Notes: generated by a model not told the origin, from the sequence alone. Shown: positions 33,457 through 41,733, counted from the first letter of the stretch. The stretch: 64,000 nucleotides of DNA from Chlorobiota bacterium (GCA_013151015.1 JAADJA010000117.1:3510-67509); one strand, 5' to 3'. Made by a program: numbers and translations.

Positions 33457-34248
33457 ATGCTGATGAAAACAAATAAAACCCATATTGCTTTTTTCCAATT
33501 TCAAAAATCCATTTCCGTATCCAAAGCCATATTTTTAGTATTATTGATGACAAGCATTTCGTTATCCGTCTTTGCAGGCCCTAAAAATTTCCCGCCAAAA
33601 AACGAAAAAGACACTTTAACATCCGGTAAATCACAAACAGGGACCAATAAAGACTGCGATGGAAGAGTTATTGTTCACAAAGGCTTGATCTATAAAACCG
33701 TTTACTATGAAAAAAGGTGCTGGCTCGATAGGAACCTGGGTGCTGTTGAAGTACCAAAATCATTGAACGACAGATTGGGATATGGCATGTATTTTCAATG
33801 GGGCCGCACGATGGACGGACATGAAGATTACGGGAGCCAGGTTTCCTTTTTGGTTTCAGGAATCGACAATCCGGGAATAGGCAGTTTTACGACAAGTAAC
33901 AATCCCCCCTATGACTGGCGGGCACCTCAAAACGACAGCCTTTGGCAAAACAATCCTTGCCCCGAAGGATGGCGCATACCAACTTTGAATGAATGGGGCG
34001 AAGTAATATCGAACCTGGGTTCCTTATGGGAAGCATTCAATTCACCGCTAAAAATCCCGGCCTCAGGGTTTCGCAATTTCTCTGATGGCTCATACCAACA
34101 AGCGGGAAAGAGAAGCCTGATATGGACTTCAACTTCAAACGAAGACAAAGCATATAGTGTATTTTTTAGTAGTGATGAAGCTATTCCCCGTTTACAGGAA
34201 CGTGCCATGGGATTGCCCGTAAGATGTATCAAACAACAAAGAGAATAA
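33457..34248 (+). CDS. Fibrobacter succinogenes major paralogous (FISUMP) domain protein
   Basis: I trimmed the ORF to MLMKTNK. The elements WLDRNLGA, YFQWGR, CPEGWRIPTLNEW, PASGFR and GLPVRCIK are hallmark features of the TIGR02145-type domain as I recall it. Confidence 0.75.
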   Translation: MLMKTNKTHIAFFQFQKSISVSKAIFLVLLMTSISLSVFAGPKNFPPKNEKDTLTSGKSQTGTNKDCDGRVIVHKGLIYKTVYYEKRCWLDRNLGAVEVPKSLNDRLGYGMYFQWGRTMDGHEDYGSQVSFLVSGIDNPGIGSFTTSNNPPYDWRAPQNDSLWQNNPCPEGWRIPTLNEWGEVISNLGSLWEAFNSPLKIPASGFRNFSDGSYQQAGKRSLIWTSTSNEDKAYSVFFSSDEAIPRLQERAMGLPVRCIKQQRE

Positions 34249-34438
34249 ACAACTTCATATTTCAATTTTCTCATCTACAACCTTTGTATGCAAGGCCGGG
34301 GCGCCATTCCTAACCAGCGCCCCTCCTGCACTTTCTTTCCACAGTGTTTTCATGGTTTCCGTCTTTCATTTATCAGTTTACATATAAGGTATAACAATTC
34401 AAAATCCCATTTAGGGACTTTAGGGGCTACAAAAAGGG

Positions 34439-34455
34439 AATTTGTCGTACACCCA
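34439..34455 (+). promoter_or_regulatory. Copy 3 of the recurrent motif (AATTTGTCGTACACCCA), 59 nt upstream of the DUF308 gene
   Basis: It is the exact reverse complement of 799-815, and about 30 nt of flanking similarity with copy 1 is visible. Confidence 0.45.
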
Positions 34456-34513
34456 ATAACTATTTGCAAAATTCCATGTTCAATAATTTCATTAATTTTA
34501 CAGAAAAATCACC

Positions 34514-35068
34514 ATGAACACAACGATTATTTTTTCCTGGCCCCAAATCGCACTGAACGGGGCAATTGCAATACTTTACGGGATACTGGCACTGTTCGTG
34601 CCCGGTGCTGCAATCATTGGTATCCTTACCTATATCGGGATATTTATCCTTGTTGTCGGGGCGGGAATGCTTATAGCATCTATTCAGAAAATCGGGAAAA
34701 AACTCCCCTATTTTGGGGATTTGATTTGGGCGTTGCTAATGCTTATTGTTGGCGGGTTGATTACGTTCAACACACAGGCAACCCTTGAGGTGTTTGTGAT
34801 CATCGTTGGTGTTTGGGCCATTATCCTTGGGATCTCACAGTTCCTTATTGTGGCCAAAGTCAAATTATCACCTTACCAAAAAAACATCACCATCATAAAT
34901 GCCATCATTTCATTGATATTTGGATTTGTCCTTTTTTACAATCCTTACCAATCGGCCAAGTTCATTGTTGTAATATCCGGGATTTTAGCCTTGATTGTCG
35001 GGACGCTGCTACTTGTCCTGGCATTTAAAGTAAAGAAAATCAGTGATGATATCGGACTTGAGGAATAG
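34514..35068 (+). CDS. DUF308 / HdeD-like membrane protein
   Basis: 184-aa ORF with six hydrophobic segments and repeated GxxxxxxG(I/V) patterns typical of DUF308. Confidence 0.7.
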   Translation: MNTTIIFSWPQIALNGAIAILYGILALFVPGAAIIGILTYIGIFILVVGAGMLIASIQKIGKKLPYFGDLIWALLMLIVGGLITFNTQATLEVFVIIVGVWAIILGISQFLIVAKVKLSPYQKNITIINAIISLIFGFVLFYNPYQSAKFIVVISGILALIVGTLLLVLAFKVKKISDDIGLEE

Positions 35069-35089
35069 GAAAATATTTATGGCCCTCGG

Positions 35090-36865
35090 TTAATGCTCTG
35101 AAATATCCTTTAGCAATTCCCGGTATTTTGAAAAGACATTGGCCCTGGATACAAAACCAAGGTATTTCCCATCCTTCAAAACCACAAGGTTATATTTTCC
35201 CGAATGTTGGAATTTATGGGCGACCTCCTCCATTTTGTCCTCATAATTCACGATAGTGGTCGGCATGAACATCAGGTTTTTCACGAGCACTTTGCCGTAC
35301 ATTTCATGGTTGAACATAATGTGCCTCACCCTATCAAGGAATATCAGTCCCTTTAAGTTTTGGTCCTTGTCGATTACGGGATAAATATTTCGTGTGGAAT
35401 CGGCGATTACCTTCACCAAATCGCCAAGGGTGGCATTGGGGTTTATGGTCATGAAATTCGTTTCGATCAAAGAATCGATATTCATAAGCGACAAAACCGC
35501 TTTGTCTTTATGATGTGTGATCAAATCAATTTTCTTGGCAAGCTGGATGGTATAAACAGAATCGGTCTCAAATAACTTGCTGCTTGCATACGAAATTGTG
35601 GAAACTATCATAAGGGGCATGATCAGTTCATAGCCCCCAGAGATTTCAGCGATAAGGAAAATGGCAGTCAATGGCCCACGGATCACCCCAGCGATCATCC
35701 CGGCCATACCCACCAAAGCAAAATTGGTAACGGGGATATCGGCCAGATGAAAGTGGTTCATGAAAAGGGCAAAGAAAAGCCCGAAATTGGCGCCCGTAAA
35801 AAGTGTTGGGGCAAAAATACCACCAACACCACCACTGCCAAAGGTTGCAGAAGCCGCAACTGCTTTCAGCAAACTGATTACGAGCAACAGCCCAATGGCA
35901 ATAAGGAAATTGTCGCGGTAGTCGTAAAAAATACTTTGTTCAAAGATATATTGGTAATCACCGTGAAGGGCCAGGTTTATTGACCGGTAGCCCTCACCGT
36001 ATAAGGACGGGAACAAAAACAACAGCAAACCCAAAACCGAAGCGCCCAAGGCCAACCGGACCCACCAACTGGCTAACCCCTCAAAGAATTTACCGAAATA
36101 ATCCATGATCCGTATGAAATATACGGAAACAAAACCGGTGAAAACGCCCAAAAGTATATACATCAACACATGGGACAGCTTAAACGATTCGGTTACCTCA
36201 AACGGGTACAGCACATTTTGCCCGAGGAAAAAATAAGATGTGAGCGCAGCAGTAACCGAGGCAAGGAGCAAAGGTACCAGCGAAGCCATTGTAAGGTCGA
36301 GCATGATGACCTCAAGGGCAAAAACAATGGCCGCAATCGGTGCTTTGAAAATGGCTGCCATGGCGCCGGCACTGGCAAAACCCAGCAAGGAAACAATTTG
36401 CTTGTAATTCAGATGGAGCACCCGGCCTGTATTGGAACCAATGGCGGCCCCGGTGGCAACAGTCGGGCCTTCAAGTCCCACCGAACCGCCAAAACCCACA
36501 GTGATGGCACTGGCAATTACGGACGAATAAATATTATGGGGTTTCATCAATCCGCTGGTCTTTGAAATGGAATACAAAACATTGGGCACACCATCGCCTA
36601 TCCCCTGCTTTAGAATGAATTTTATGAAAATCATCACCAAGAGGATACCTATCCCCGGCAATGCAATATATAAATAATTATAGGCATCGTCGTTCGTCCA
36701 CCCGGTGAGGAAATGCTGGATGAAATGAACGGAATTTTTAATAAAAACTGCCGCCATCCCGCTCATGAAGCCAATTACAACACTCAACAGCATAATGAAC
36801 TGCTTGTCGGTAATGTGTTTGATCCTCCAGGAATAAAACCGTTCGATAAAAGAATGCTTTTCCAT
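35090..36865 (-). CDS. ClC-family chloride channel / H+-Cl- exchanger with C-terminal CBS pair
   Basis: 591-aa ORF with the selectivity motifs GSVGLEGP and GGVGGIFAP. The C-terminal region is CBS-like. Confidence 0.9.
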   Translation of the reverse strand: MEKHSFIERFYSWRIKHITDKQFIMLLSVVIGFMSGMAAVFIKNSVHFIQHFLTGWTNDDAYNYLYIALPGIGILLVMIFIKFILKQGIGDGVPNVLYSISKTSGLMKPHNIYSSVIASAITVGFGGSVGLEGPTVATGAAIGSNTGRVLHLNYKQIVSLLGFASAGAMAAIFKAPIAAIVFALEVIMLDLTMASLVPLLLASVTAALTSYFFLGQNVLYPFEVTESFKLSHVLMYILLGVFTGFVSVYFIRIMDYFGKFFEGLASWWVRLALGASVLGLLLFLFPSLYGEGYRSINLALHGDYQYIFEQSIFYDYRDNFLIAIGLLLVISLLKAVAASATFGSGGVGGIFAPTLFTGANFGLFFALFMNHFHLADIPVTNFALVGMAGMIAGVIRGPLTAIFLIAEISGGYELIMPLMIVSTISYASSKLFETDSVYTIQLAKKIDLITHHKDKAVLSLMNIDSLIETNFMTINPNATLGDLVKVIADSTRNIYPVIDKDQNLKGLIFLDRVRHIMFNHEMYGKVLVKNLMFMPTTIVNYEDKMEEVAHKFQHSGKYNLVVLKDGKYLGFVSRANVFSKYRELLKDISEH

Positions 36866-36978
36866 AATCGGCGGCGAAATTACTTTAAAATTAGGATTAA
36901 GCGAAGAATAAGTTCATTTATTAATTATTGGCTAAATGCGTTAAATCACATACAAGCCAATTGCGGACAAACACCTAT

Positions 36979-37035
36979 TTATTCGCAATAAACTGCGGAT
37001 AAAAACTAAATTATCCGTAGTGGAATTGCGAATAA
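36979..37035. promoter_or_regulatory. Nested inverted repeat in the divergent clc/xth promoter region
   Basis: The outer arms are TTATTCGCAAT(36979-36989)/ATTGCGAATAA(37025-37035). The inner arms are CGGATAA(36996-37002)/TTATCCG(37011-37017). Confidence 0.5.
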
Positions 37036-37038
37036 TCC

Positions 37039-37046
37039 TACATTTG
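37039..37046 (+). promoter_or_regulatory. Candidate -7 box TACATTTG for xth
   Basis: A TAnnTTTG match 17 nt upstream of the ATG at 37063. Confidence 0.4.
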
Positions 37047-37062
37047 CAATAAATACCCATTC

Positions 37063-37830
37063 ATGAAAAAAATAATATCATACAATGTGAACGGCATAAG
37101 GGCTGCCGTGCGAAAAGGCTTCCTGGATTGGATGAAGGCCGCGGATGCCGACATCATTTGCATTCAGGAAACCAAGGCCCAGCCCGATCAAATCCCTGTT
37201 TTTGAATTTGCAGAACTGGGTTATAAAACATTTGTTTATTCTGCACAGAAAAAGGGGTACAGTGGTGTGGCCATCCTTTCGAAAACAGAACCCGACCATG
37301 TGGAATACGGCATGGGCATTAATAAATACGATGATGAAGGGAGGATGATCCGGGCAGATTATGGCGATGTTTCGGTAATCAGTGTTTACCATCCTTCGGG
37401 TTCCAGCGGTGATTTGCGGCAGGCTTTCAAAATGCAGTGGTTGGAAGATTTCCAAAATTACATCAACGAACTGAAAAAGGAAAGGCCCAAGCTCATAATT
37501 TCGGGTGATTATAATATCTGCCACAAGCCCATTGATATTCACGACCCAATCCGTAACGCCAAAAATTCAGGTTTTTTGCCCGAGGAAAGGGAATGGATTT
37601 CAGGATTCATAGGTTCCGGTTTTATCGATTCGTTCCGCTATTTTAACGATGAACCCCACAATTACACATGGTGGAGCTACCGTGCCAATGCCCGTGCGAA
37701 AAACCTCGGTTGGCGCATTGACTATCATATGGTATCAAAACCAATGGAAAGCAAAATGACAAGGGCTTTGATATTGCCCGATGCCATGCACTCCGACCAT
37801 TGTCCCTTGGTCGTGGAAATGGAATTTTAA
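37063..37830 (+). CDS. xth: Exodeoxyribonuclease III
   Basis: 255-aa ORF with SYNVNGIRAA, the ICIQETK motif and C-terminal SDHCP, the classic EEP-fold ExoIII pattern. Confidence 0.9.
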   Translation: MKKIISYNVNGIRAAVRKGFLDWMKAADADIICIQETKAQPDQIPVFEFAELGYKTFVYSAQKKGYSGVAILSKTEPDHVEYGMGINKYDDEGRMIRADYGDVSVISVYHPSGSSGDLRQAFKMQWLEDFQNYINELKKERPKLIISGDYNICHKPIDIHDPIRNAKNSGFLPEEREWISGFIGSGFIDSFRYFNDEPHNYTWWSYRANARAKNLGWRIDYHMVSKPMESKMTRALILPDAMHSDHCPLVVEMEF

Positions 37831-37931
37831 TTATCTGTTATCAAAAAAAACTTATCTTTGGTTTTAAATCTTAAAAAAAATGAAACACCCATGTCAAAAC
37901 AATCCCGCACGTGCCGGAGATACGCAAGGAT

Positions 37932-37969
37932 GCCGCTAATGCACTAATAGTTATTAGCACATTAGCGGC
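37932..37969. repeat. REP-like imperfect hairpin, same family as 7528-7565
   Basis: GCCGCTAATGCACTAATagttATTAGCACATTAGCGGC has 17-nt arms with 2 mismatches. Confidence 0.65.
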
Positions 37970-37991
37970 GATTAGACAAGAAATAAACTAA

Positions 37992-38639
37992 TTGGAAAAA
38001 CAAAAGCAGATGAAAACATACCACAAAATACCAACCGTATATGCAAGGGACCCGCAAACGAACTACAAATCCTTGCTCATTGGGCAATTTGCCACGCCCG
38101 AGCTGGATTACCTGCAACATAACACCTGGGTTTTTACCGAAAAGGTGGATGGAACCAACATCCGTGTAATGTTTGAAAACGGGCAAATAACATTTGGGGG
38201 CAAAACCGACAAGGCCCTGATCCAGGCATCGCTTGTAAATAAACTGAACGAAATCTTCCTTCCTCAAATAGAAACATTCAAAGAGCTGTTCAATGATGCT
38301 GAAGTTTGTATGTATGGCGAAGGTTACGGCCCTAAAATCCAAAAAGGCGGAGGAAATTACCGAAAAGACCAAAGCTTTGTTCTGTTCGACATCCGTATTG
38401 GCGAATGGTGGCTTAAACGGGAAGATATTGAAGACATTGCCAAAAAATTTGGTTTGGATGTAGTTCCGATTATTGGCGAAGGAACTCTCAAGGAAATGGT
38501 CAATAAAGCCAAAAAAGGCTTTAATTCGATTTGGGGTGATTTTGCCGCCGAAGGGATCGTGGCCCGCCCAAAAACCGAGTTGATTGCCCGAAACGGATTG
38601 CGGATCATTACAAAGATCAAGTTCAAGGACTTTATTTAG
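37992..38639 (+). CDS. Minimal ATP-dependent RNA ligase-like nucleotidyltransferase
   Basis: 215-aa ORF carrying covalent nucleotidyltransferase motifs in the correct order: I EKVDGTN, III YGEGYG, IIIa VLFDI, IV AEGIVARP, V ITKIKFKDF. The overlapping minus-strand ORF 37962-38753 is judged a shadow. Confidence 0.65.
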   Translation: MEKQKQMKTYHKIPTVYARDPQTNYKSLLIGQFATPELDYLQHNTWVFTEKVDGTNIRVMFENGQITFGGKTDKALIQASLVNKLNEIFLPQIETFKELFNDAEVCMYGEGYGPKIQKGGGNYRKDQSFVLFDIRIGEWWLKREDIEDIAKKFGLDVVPIIGEGTLKEMVNKAKKGFNSIWGDFAAEGIVARPKTELIARNGLRIITKIKFKDFI

Positions 38640-38644
38640 GATGA

Positions 38645-38743
38645 AACAAGCGTCCTTGTTAGAGTATGGCATTAAATTATCGCAAGCGTGAACGCTTGCT
38701 ACATCCTGATTTTGTTTAAAATGAGACAAGCGTCCATGCTTGT
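38645..38743. repeat. Three hairpins sharing a CAAGCG core
   Basis: AACAAGcgtcCTTGTT (38645-38660), GCAAGCGTgaACGCTTGC (38682-38699) and ACAAGCgtccatGCTTGT (38726-38743). Confidence 0.7.
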
Positions 38744-38888
38744 TTGTGAGCATAGAAAGGGGCCAACATTGCGAACTGGTTTTAGAACCGGATGACGGAC
38801 AATAGTCTTTATCTTTCTCCTTTTTCCTTCTGGTTGTTTAACATTATTCAAAATTAATACTTTTGTTTTATTTGAAAATGCAAACATA

Positions 38889-38932
38889 GGATGACGGGGC
38901 AGTTAATTGGTTTTTGACCGCTATCGTTATTT
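38889..38932 (+). repeat. Left copy of an approximately 45-nt direct repeat bracketing the ATPase cassette
   Basis: gatgacggggcagttaattggtttttgaccgctatcgttatt compared with 40494-40538 is about three quarters identical by eye, with one 3-nt indel. Confidence 0.55.
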
Positions 38933-38946
38933 TACTGTTTATACTT

Positions 38947-38974
38947 CTCCTGTTGGTGACAACACCAACAGGAG
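38947..38974. repeat. Perfect 12-bp stem hairpin of the TGTTGGTG family (loop ACAA)
   Basis: The sequence is CTCCTGTTGGTGacaaCACCAACAGGAG. Confidence 0.85.
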
Positions 38975-39015
38975 TTGATCAAACAAAAAATATAAATATA
39001 TTTGAAATTATTTTG

Positions 39016-39075
39016 AAATTTGTCAGGTTAACTCGACATATTTTATTAAATTTGTCAGGTTTATCTGACAAATTT
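39016..39075. promoter_or_regulatory. Operator-like repeats: AAATTTGTCAGGTT twice, the second forming an 11-bp-arm perfect palindrome
   Basis: Direct copies lie at 39016-39029 and 39048-39061. The palindrome is AAATTTGTCAG(39048-39058) gtttat CTGACAAATTT(39065-39075) and ends 7 nt before the ATG at 39083. Confidence 0.6.
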
Positions 39076-39082
39076 GTATATT

Positions 39083-40216
39083 ATGGACAAGGCTTTTTAT
39101 AAGCGCACTTTACTTGATAAGATACAAGCCTGGTTATTTCAAGGGAAAGTTATTATTCTGTATGGCCCGAGGCAAGTTGGGAAAACAACCCTGGTAAATG
39201 AAATAGTCAAGCTTAATCCGGGTGCAAAATACCTGAACTGCGAAAGGCAAAATGTAAATGAATTGATTTCATCACTCAATCTGGAAAGGATTAACAAGAT
39301 TATTGGTAATGCCCGGCTTGTTGTTTTTGATGAAGCTCAGAAAGTGAGGCAAATTGGTGAAATGTTAAAGCTATTGGTTGATACTTACCCTGAAAGGCAA
39401 TATATTGCGACCGGTTCGAGCAGCTTTGAACTTTCTAATAAAATAAGCGAACCTTTAACCGGAAGAAATGTAAAATTCCTGATGTTGCCCCTTTCACTAT
39501 TGGAATTGTCGGACAAACATGATCTTTTATCCCTTGATGAAAGATTACCCGATTTTCTTAGGTTTGGGACTTATCCCGATATTGTTGACAGGAATGAAGA
39601 CCAGCAAATCCAATTACTTGACGAACTTAGCAGTGATTATCTATTTCGTGATATCTTGCAATTTGAAAATATCCGGCGTTCCGATACTTTGGTAAAAATG
39701 CTTAAGGCAATAGCACTTCAACTTGGGAATGAGCTTTCGTATAGAGAACTCAGCAATCTGCTAAAGGTTTCTGTTGAAACGGTACAAAGATATTTAATGC
39801 TCCTCGAAAAATCATTTGTTTTGTTTTCATTGCCTTCTTTTAGCCGTAACCTACGTAAAGAAATTGCAAGAAGTAGAAAATATTATTTTTTTGATCTTGG
39901 GATTCGCAATAGTCTGATACAAAACTATGCACATATTGAAAACCGTACCGATATAGGAGCGCTGTGGGAAAATTATTGCCTGATCAGCCGAATGAATTAT
40001 CATCAGGCAAAAGGCAAAAAAGTGAATATGTATTTCTGGAGGACCTATCAACAAAAAGAAATTGACCTGATAGAGGAATATGATGGCAAACTCTATGCAT
40101 TCGAATTCAAATGGAGGAAAGGCAATGTAAAACCACCGGCTGATTTTATCAAAGCTTACCCCGGATCTTCATTTTCAATAATTAACAATAAAAACTATTT
40201 TGATTATCTGTTGTAA
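39083..40216 (+). CDS. AAA-type ATPase with a DUF4143 C-terminal domain
   Basis: I trimmed the ORF to the ATG at 39083. It has Walker A GPRQVGKTT and Walker B LVVFDEAQ. The C-terminal half fits the AAA_14 + DUF4143 architecture as I recall it. Confidence 0.8.
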   Translation: MDKAFYKRTLLDKIQAWLFQGKVIILYGPRQVGKTTLVNEIVKLNPGAKYLNCERQNVNELISSLNLERINKIIGNARLVVFDEAQKVRQIGEMLKLLVDTYPERQYIATGSSSFELSNKISEPLTGRNVKFLMLPLSLLELSDKHDLLSLDERLPDFLRFGTYPDIVDRNEDQQIQLLDELSSDYLFRDILQFENIRRSDTLVKMLKAIALQLGNELSYRELSNLLKVSVETVQRYLMLLEKSFVLFSLPSFSRNLRKEIARSRKYYFFDLGIRNSLIQNYAHIENRTDIGALWENYCLISRMNYHQAKGKKVNMYFWRTYQQKEIDLIEEYDGKLYAFEFKWRKGNVKPPADFIKAYPGSSFSIINNKNYFDYLL

Positions 40217-40237
40217 TTAATAGAAGTCCCCCTGCCC

Positions 40238-40261
40238 CCTGTTGGTGTTGTCACCAACAGG
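40238..40261. repeat. Perfect 10-bp stem hairpin of the TGTTGGTG family with an inverted loop (TTGT)
   Basis: The sequence is CCTGTTGGTGttgtCACCAACAGG, 22 nt after the ATPase stop. The left flank ccccctgcccc is the complement of the ggggcagg flank at 28182. Confidence 0.85.
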
Positions 40262-40364
40262 CGTCGATCAAATCATAACGCATGCACAATTCCCACTTAA
40301 ATATATAGTGGATAAATTTTAACTGATTGTAAATATGCAGTATAATTGCAAAAAGGAAGGGGTC

Positions 40365-40386
40365 AAGTTGGTGACAACATCAACTT
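40365..40386. repeat. Degenerate member of the TGTTGGTG hairpin family
   Basis: AAGTTGGTGacaaCATCAACTT has one mismatch in a 9-bp stem. Confidence 0.6.
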
Positions 40387-40493
40387 AAAGCAGTGGTTTG
40401 AAATGAAAGGCAACCAACATTTATTTGCAAATGGCTGCCGTAACTTCCGATGGATTGCGATGCGCCAACACACATCCCAACCCACTTGCCCGC

Positions 40494-40538
40494 AATGACG
40501 GAACGATTGATTGGGTTTTGGCCGCTATCATCGTATTA
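40494..40538 (+). repeat. Right copy of the approximately 45-nt direct repeat bracketing the ATPase cassette
   Basis: The sequence is aatgacggaacgattgattgggttttggccgctatcatcgtatt. It overlaps the last 3 nt (stop codon) of the hydrolase gene on the opposite strand. Confidence 0.55.
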
Positions 40539-41546
40539 TTGTTGTTGCTCCCCAACCACCTTCATCCCCAAAACCTTCTCGGCAAATTCAAAGGTTTTTT
40601 CTTCAACGGTTTTAACATCTTTTGACAGGATTCCTGATGGGATGGGATGGACACCTGCATTGGGGAAGGCTATTTTCCATTTTTCGTTTTCCGGGGTCGA
40701 AACCTGGTCGAACATTTCCAACATGCGATCAATGGAAACGGTGGGGTCTTTTTCTTTTTCGTTTTTGTAGTAATAACCAAGAAACAATGGCTGCTCCACT
40801 TTTGAAAAAGTTTCTTCGGTCATGGTTGCATCCACCAGGCCTTTCATTGCCTGCACCGCTTCCAGGCGGTATTTCGACTGCCAGTACTTTTGCACTTCGG
40901 GCGGGTCGTCATATTCATTGTATTTCCCTTTTATCAACCTTGCAATCTGCATTCCCCAGGGTTTGGAAAATATATTGGCGGATTTATCTGCCACATCAAT
41001 ATTTGGTGAATAAAGTATCAGGGAATGGATCCAGGGGTTTTCGGCAGCAATGGCCAATGACAGTGTCCCTCCGGTTGATGTGCTCATCAGGATTACCTTA
41101 TCCCCCAATTTTCTTCCAATGGCCACGGCATGTTTGGCCGATTCCAAATAGTTTTCAGGAGTAAGGTCAACCAAGGCCTCTTTATCGCTCAGTCCATGGC
41201 CAAACAACCGTGCACCGTACATATTGCAACCATACCTTTTTGCAAAATCCTCATTTACCGGGAAACCTTCTTTGAAACTTGCCGAAAACCCATGCAGATA
41301 AACCACGACAAATTCTGTCTTTTCTTTCTTTTCGGGATTGGCCCAGATTATCCTTGCCTCGTTGTCTTCTTTCAGGTTTGGGGTTGCCTTTTCGGATTGG
41401 ATGATTTCCTGCTCCAGCTTTTCCAGATCGGATGTGATGTTTTCACTAATTTTCGCATTCAAATTTGGTTTTGCAGGTTTTGGGCCAAGAAAGTAAACAA
41501 TGGCCAAAATAATGATAATTGCTGTAATCCAGATGATAGTTTTCAT
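40536..41546 (-). CDS. Alpha/beta hydrolase (esterase/lipase-like) with an N-terminal membrane anchor
   Basis: I trimmed the ORF to MKTIIWITAIIIILAIVYFLG (ATG at 41546). It has an HGFSAS oxyanion region and the nucleophile-elbow-like LMSTSTGG. Confidence 0.75.
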   Translation of the reverse strand: MKTIIWITAIIIILAIVYFLGPKPAKPNLNAKISENITSDLEKLEQEIIQSEKATPNLKEDNEARIIWANPEKKEKTEFVVVYLHGFSASFKEGFPVNEDFAKRYGCNMYGARLFGHGLSDKEALVDLTPENYLESAKHAVAIGRKLGDKVILMSTSTGGTLSLAIAAENPWIHSLILYSPNIDVADKSANIFSKPWGMQIARLIKGKYNEYDDPPEVQKYWQSKYRLEAVQAMKGLVDATMTEETFSKVEQPLFLGYYYKNEKEKDPTVSIDRMLEMFDQVSTPENEKWKIAFPNAGVHPIPSGILSKDVKTVEEKTFEFAEKVLGMKVVGEQQQ

Positions 41547-41705
41547 GAGTAAATGATTTTCTGCAAAGTTAAGGAATCTATTTTGCCACAAAAACTCAAA
41601 AACACGAAATCCCACAAAACAAATTTCACAAAACTGAACAATATTATTATATCACCAAAAAAAACATTTTAAATATTTGATTTGCTTTGGTTTTTCAAAT
41701 TTCCC

Positions 41706-41713
41706 TATTTTTG
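41706..41713 (+). promoter_or_regulatory. Candidate -7 box TATTTTTG
   Basis: A TAnnTTTG match 21 nt upstream of the ATG at 41734. Confidence 0.4.
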
Positions 41714-41733
41714 GGAAAAATTAGAATCTACAC

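Noticed and set aside
799-34455. The oppositely oriented copies of TGGGTGTACGACAAATT at 799 and 34439 as terminal inverted repeats of a 33.6-kb mobile island.
   Set aside because: The interval contains core housekeeping-type respiratory and envelope genes, holds a third same-motif copy, and has no integrase or transposase at its ends. The consistent position upstream of genes fits a regulatory role better.
37962-38753. 263-aa minus-strand ORF fully overlapping the RNA ligase-like gene.
   Set aside because: The plus-strand product carries an ordered set of ligase motifs. The minus-strand product has no recognisable features and extends into hairpin repeats. It is a typical shadow ORF.
38947-40261. 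Integron-like gene cassette with attC sites flanking the ATPase gene.
   Set aside because: The hairpins are short (24-28 nt), have perfect stems, and lack the R/L box organisation and extrahelical bases of attC. No intI-like integrase or attI is present in the window.
40425-40770. ORFs 40425-40625 and 40450-40770 (plus) as possible small protein genes.
   Set aside because: Most of their length is antisense to the 3-prime end of the well-supported alpha/beta hydrolase gene. Only the first ~40 codons, the repeat-derived hydrophobic peptide, are of any interest, and these are covered in the cassette finding.
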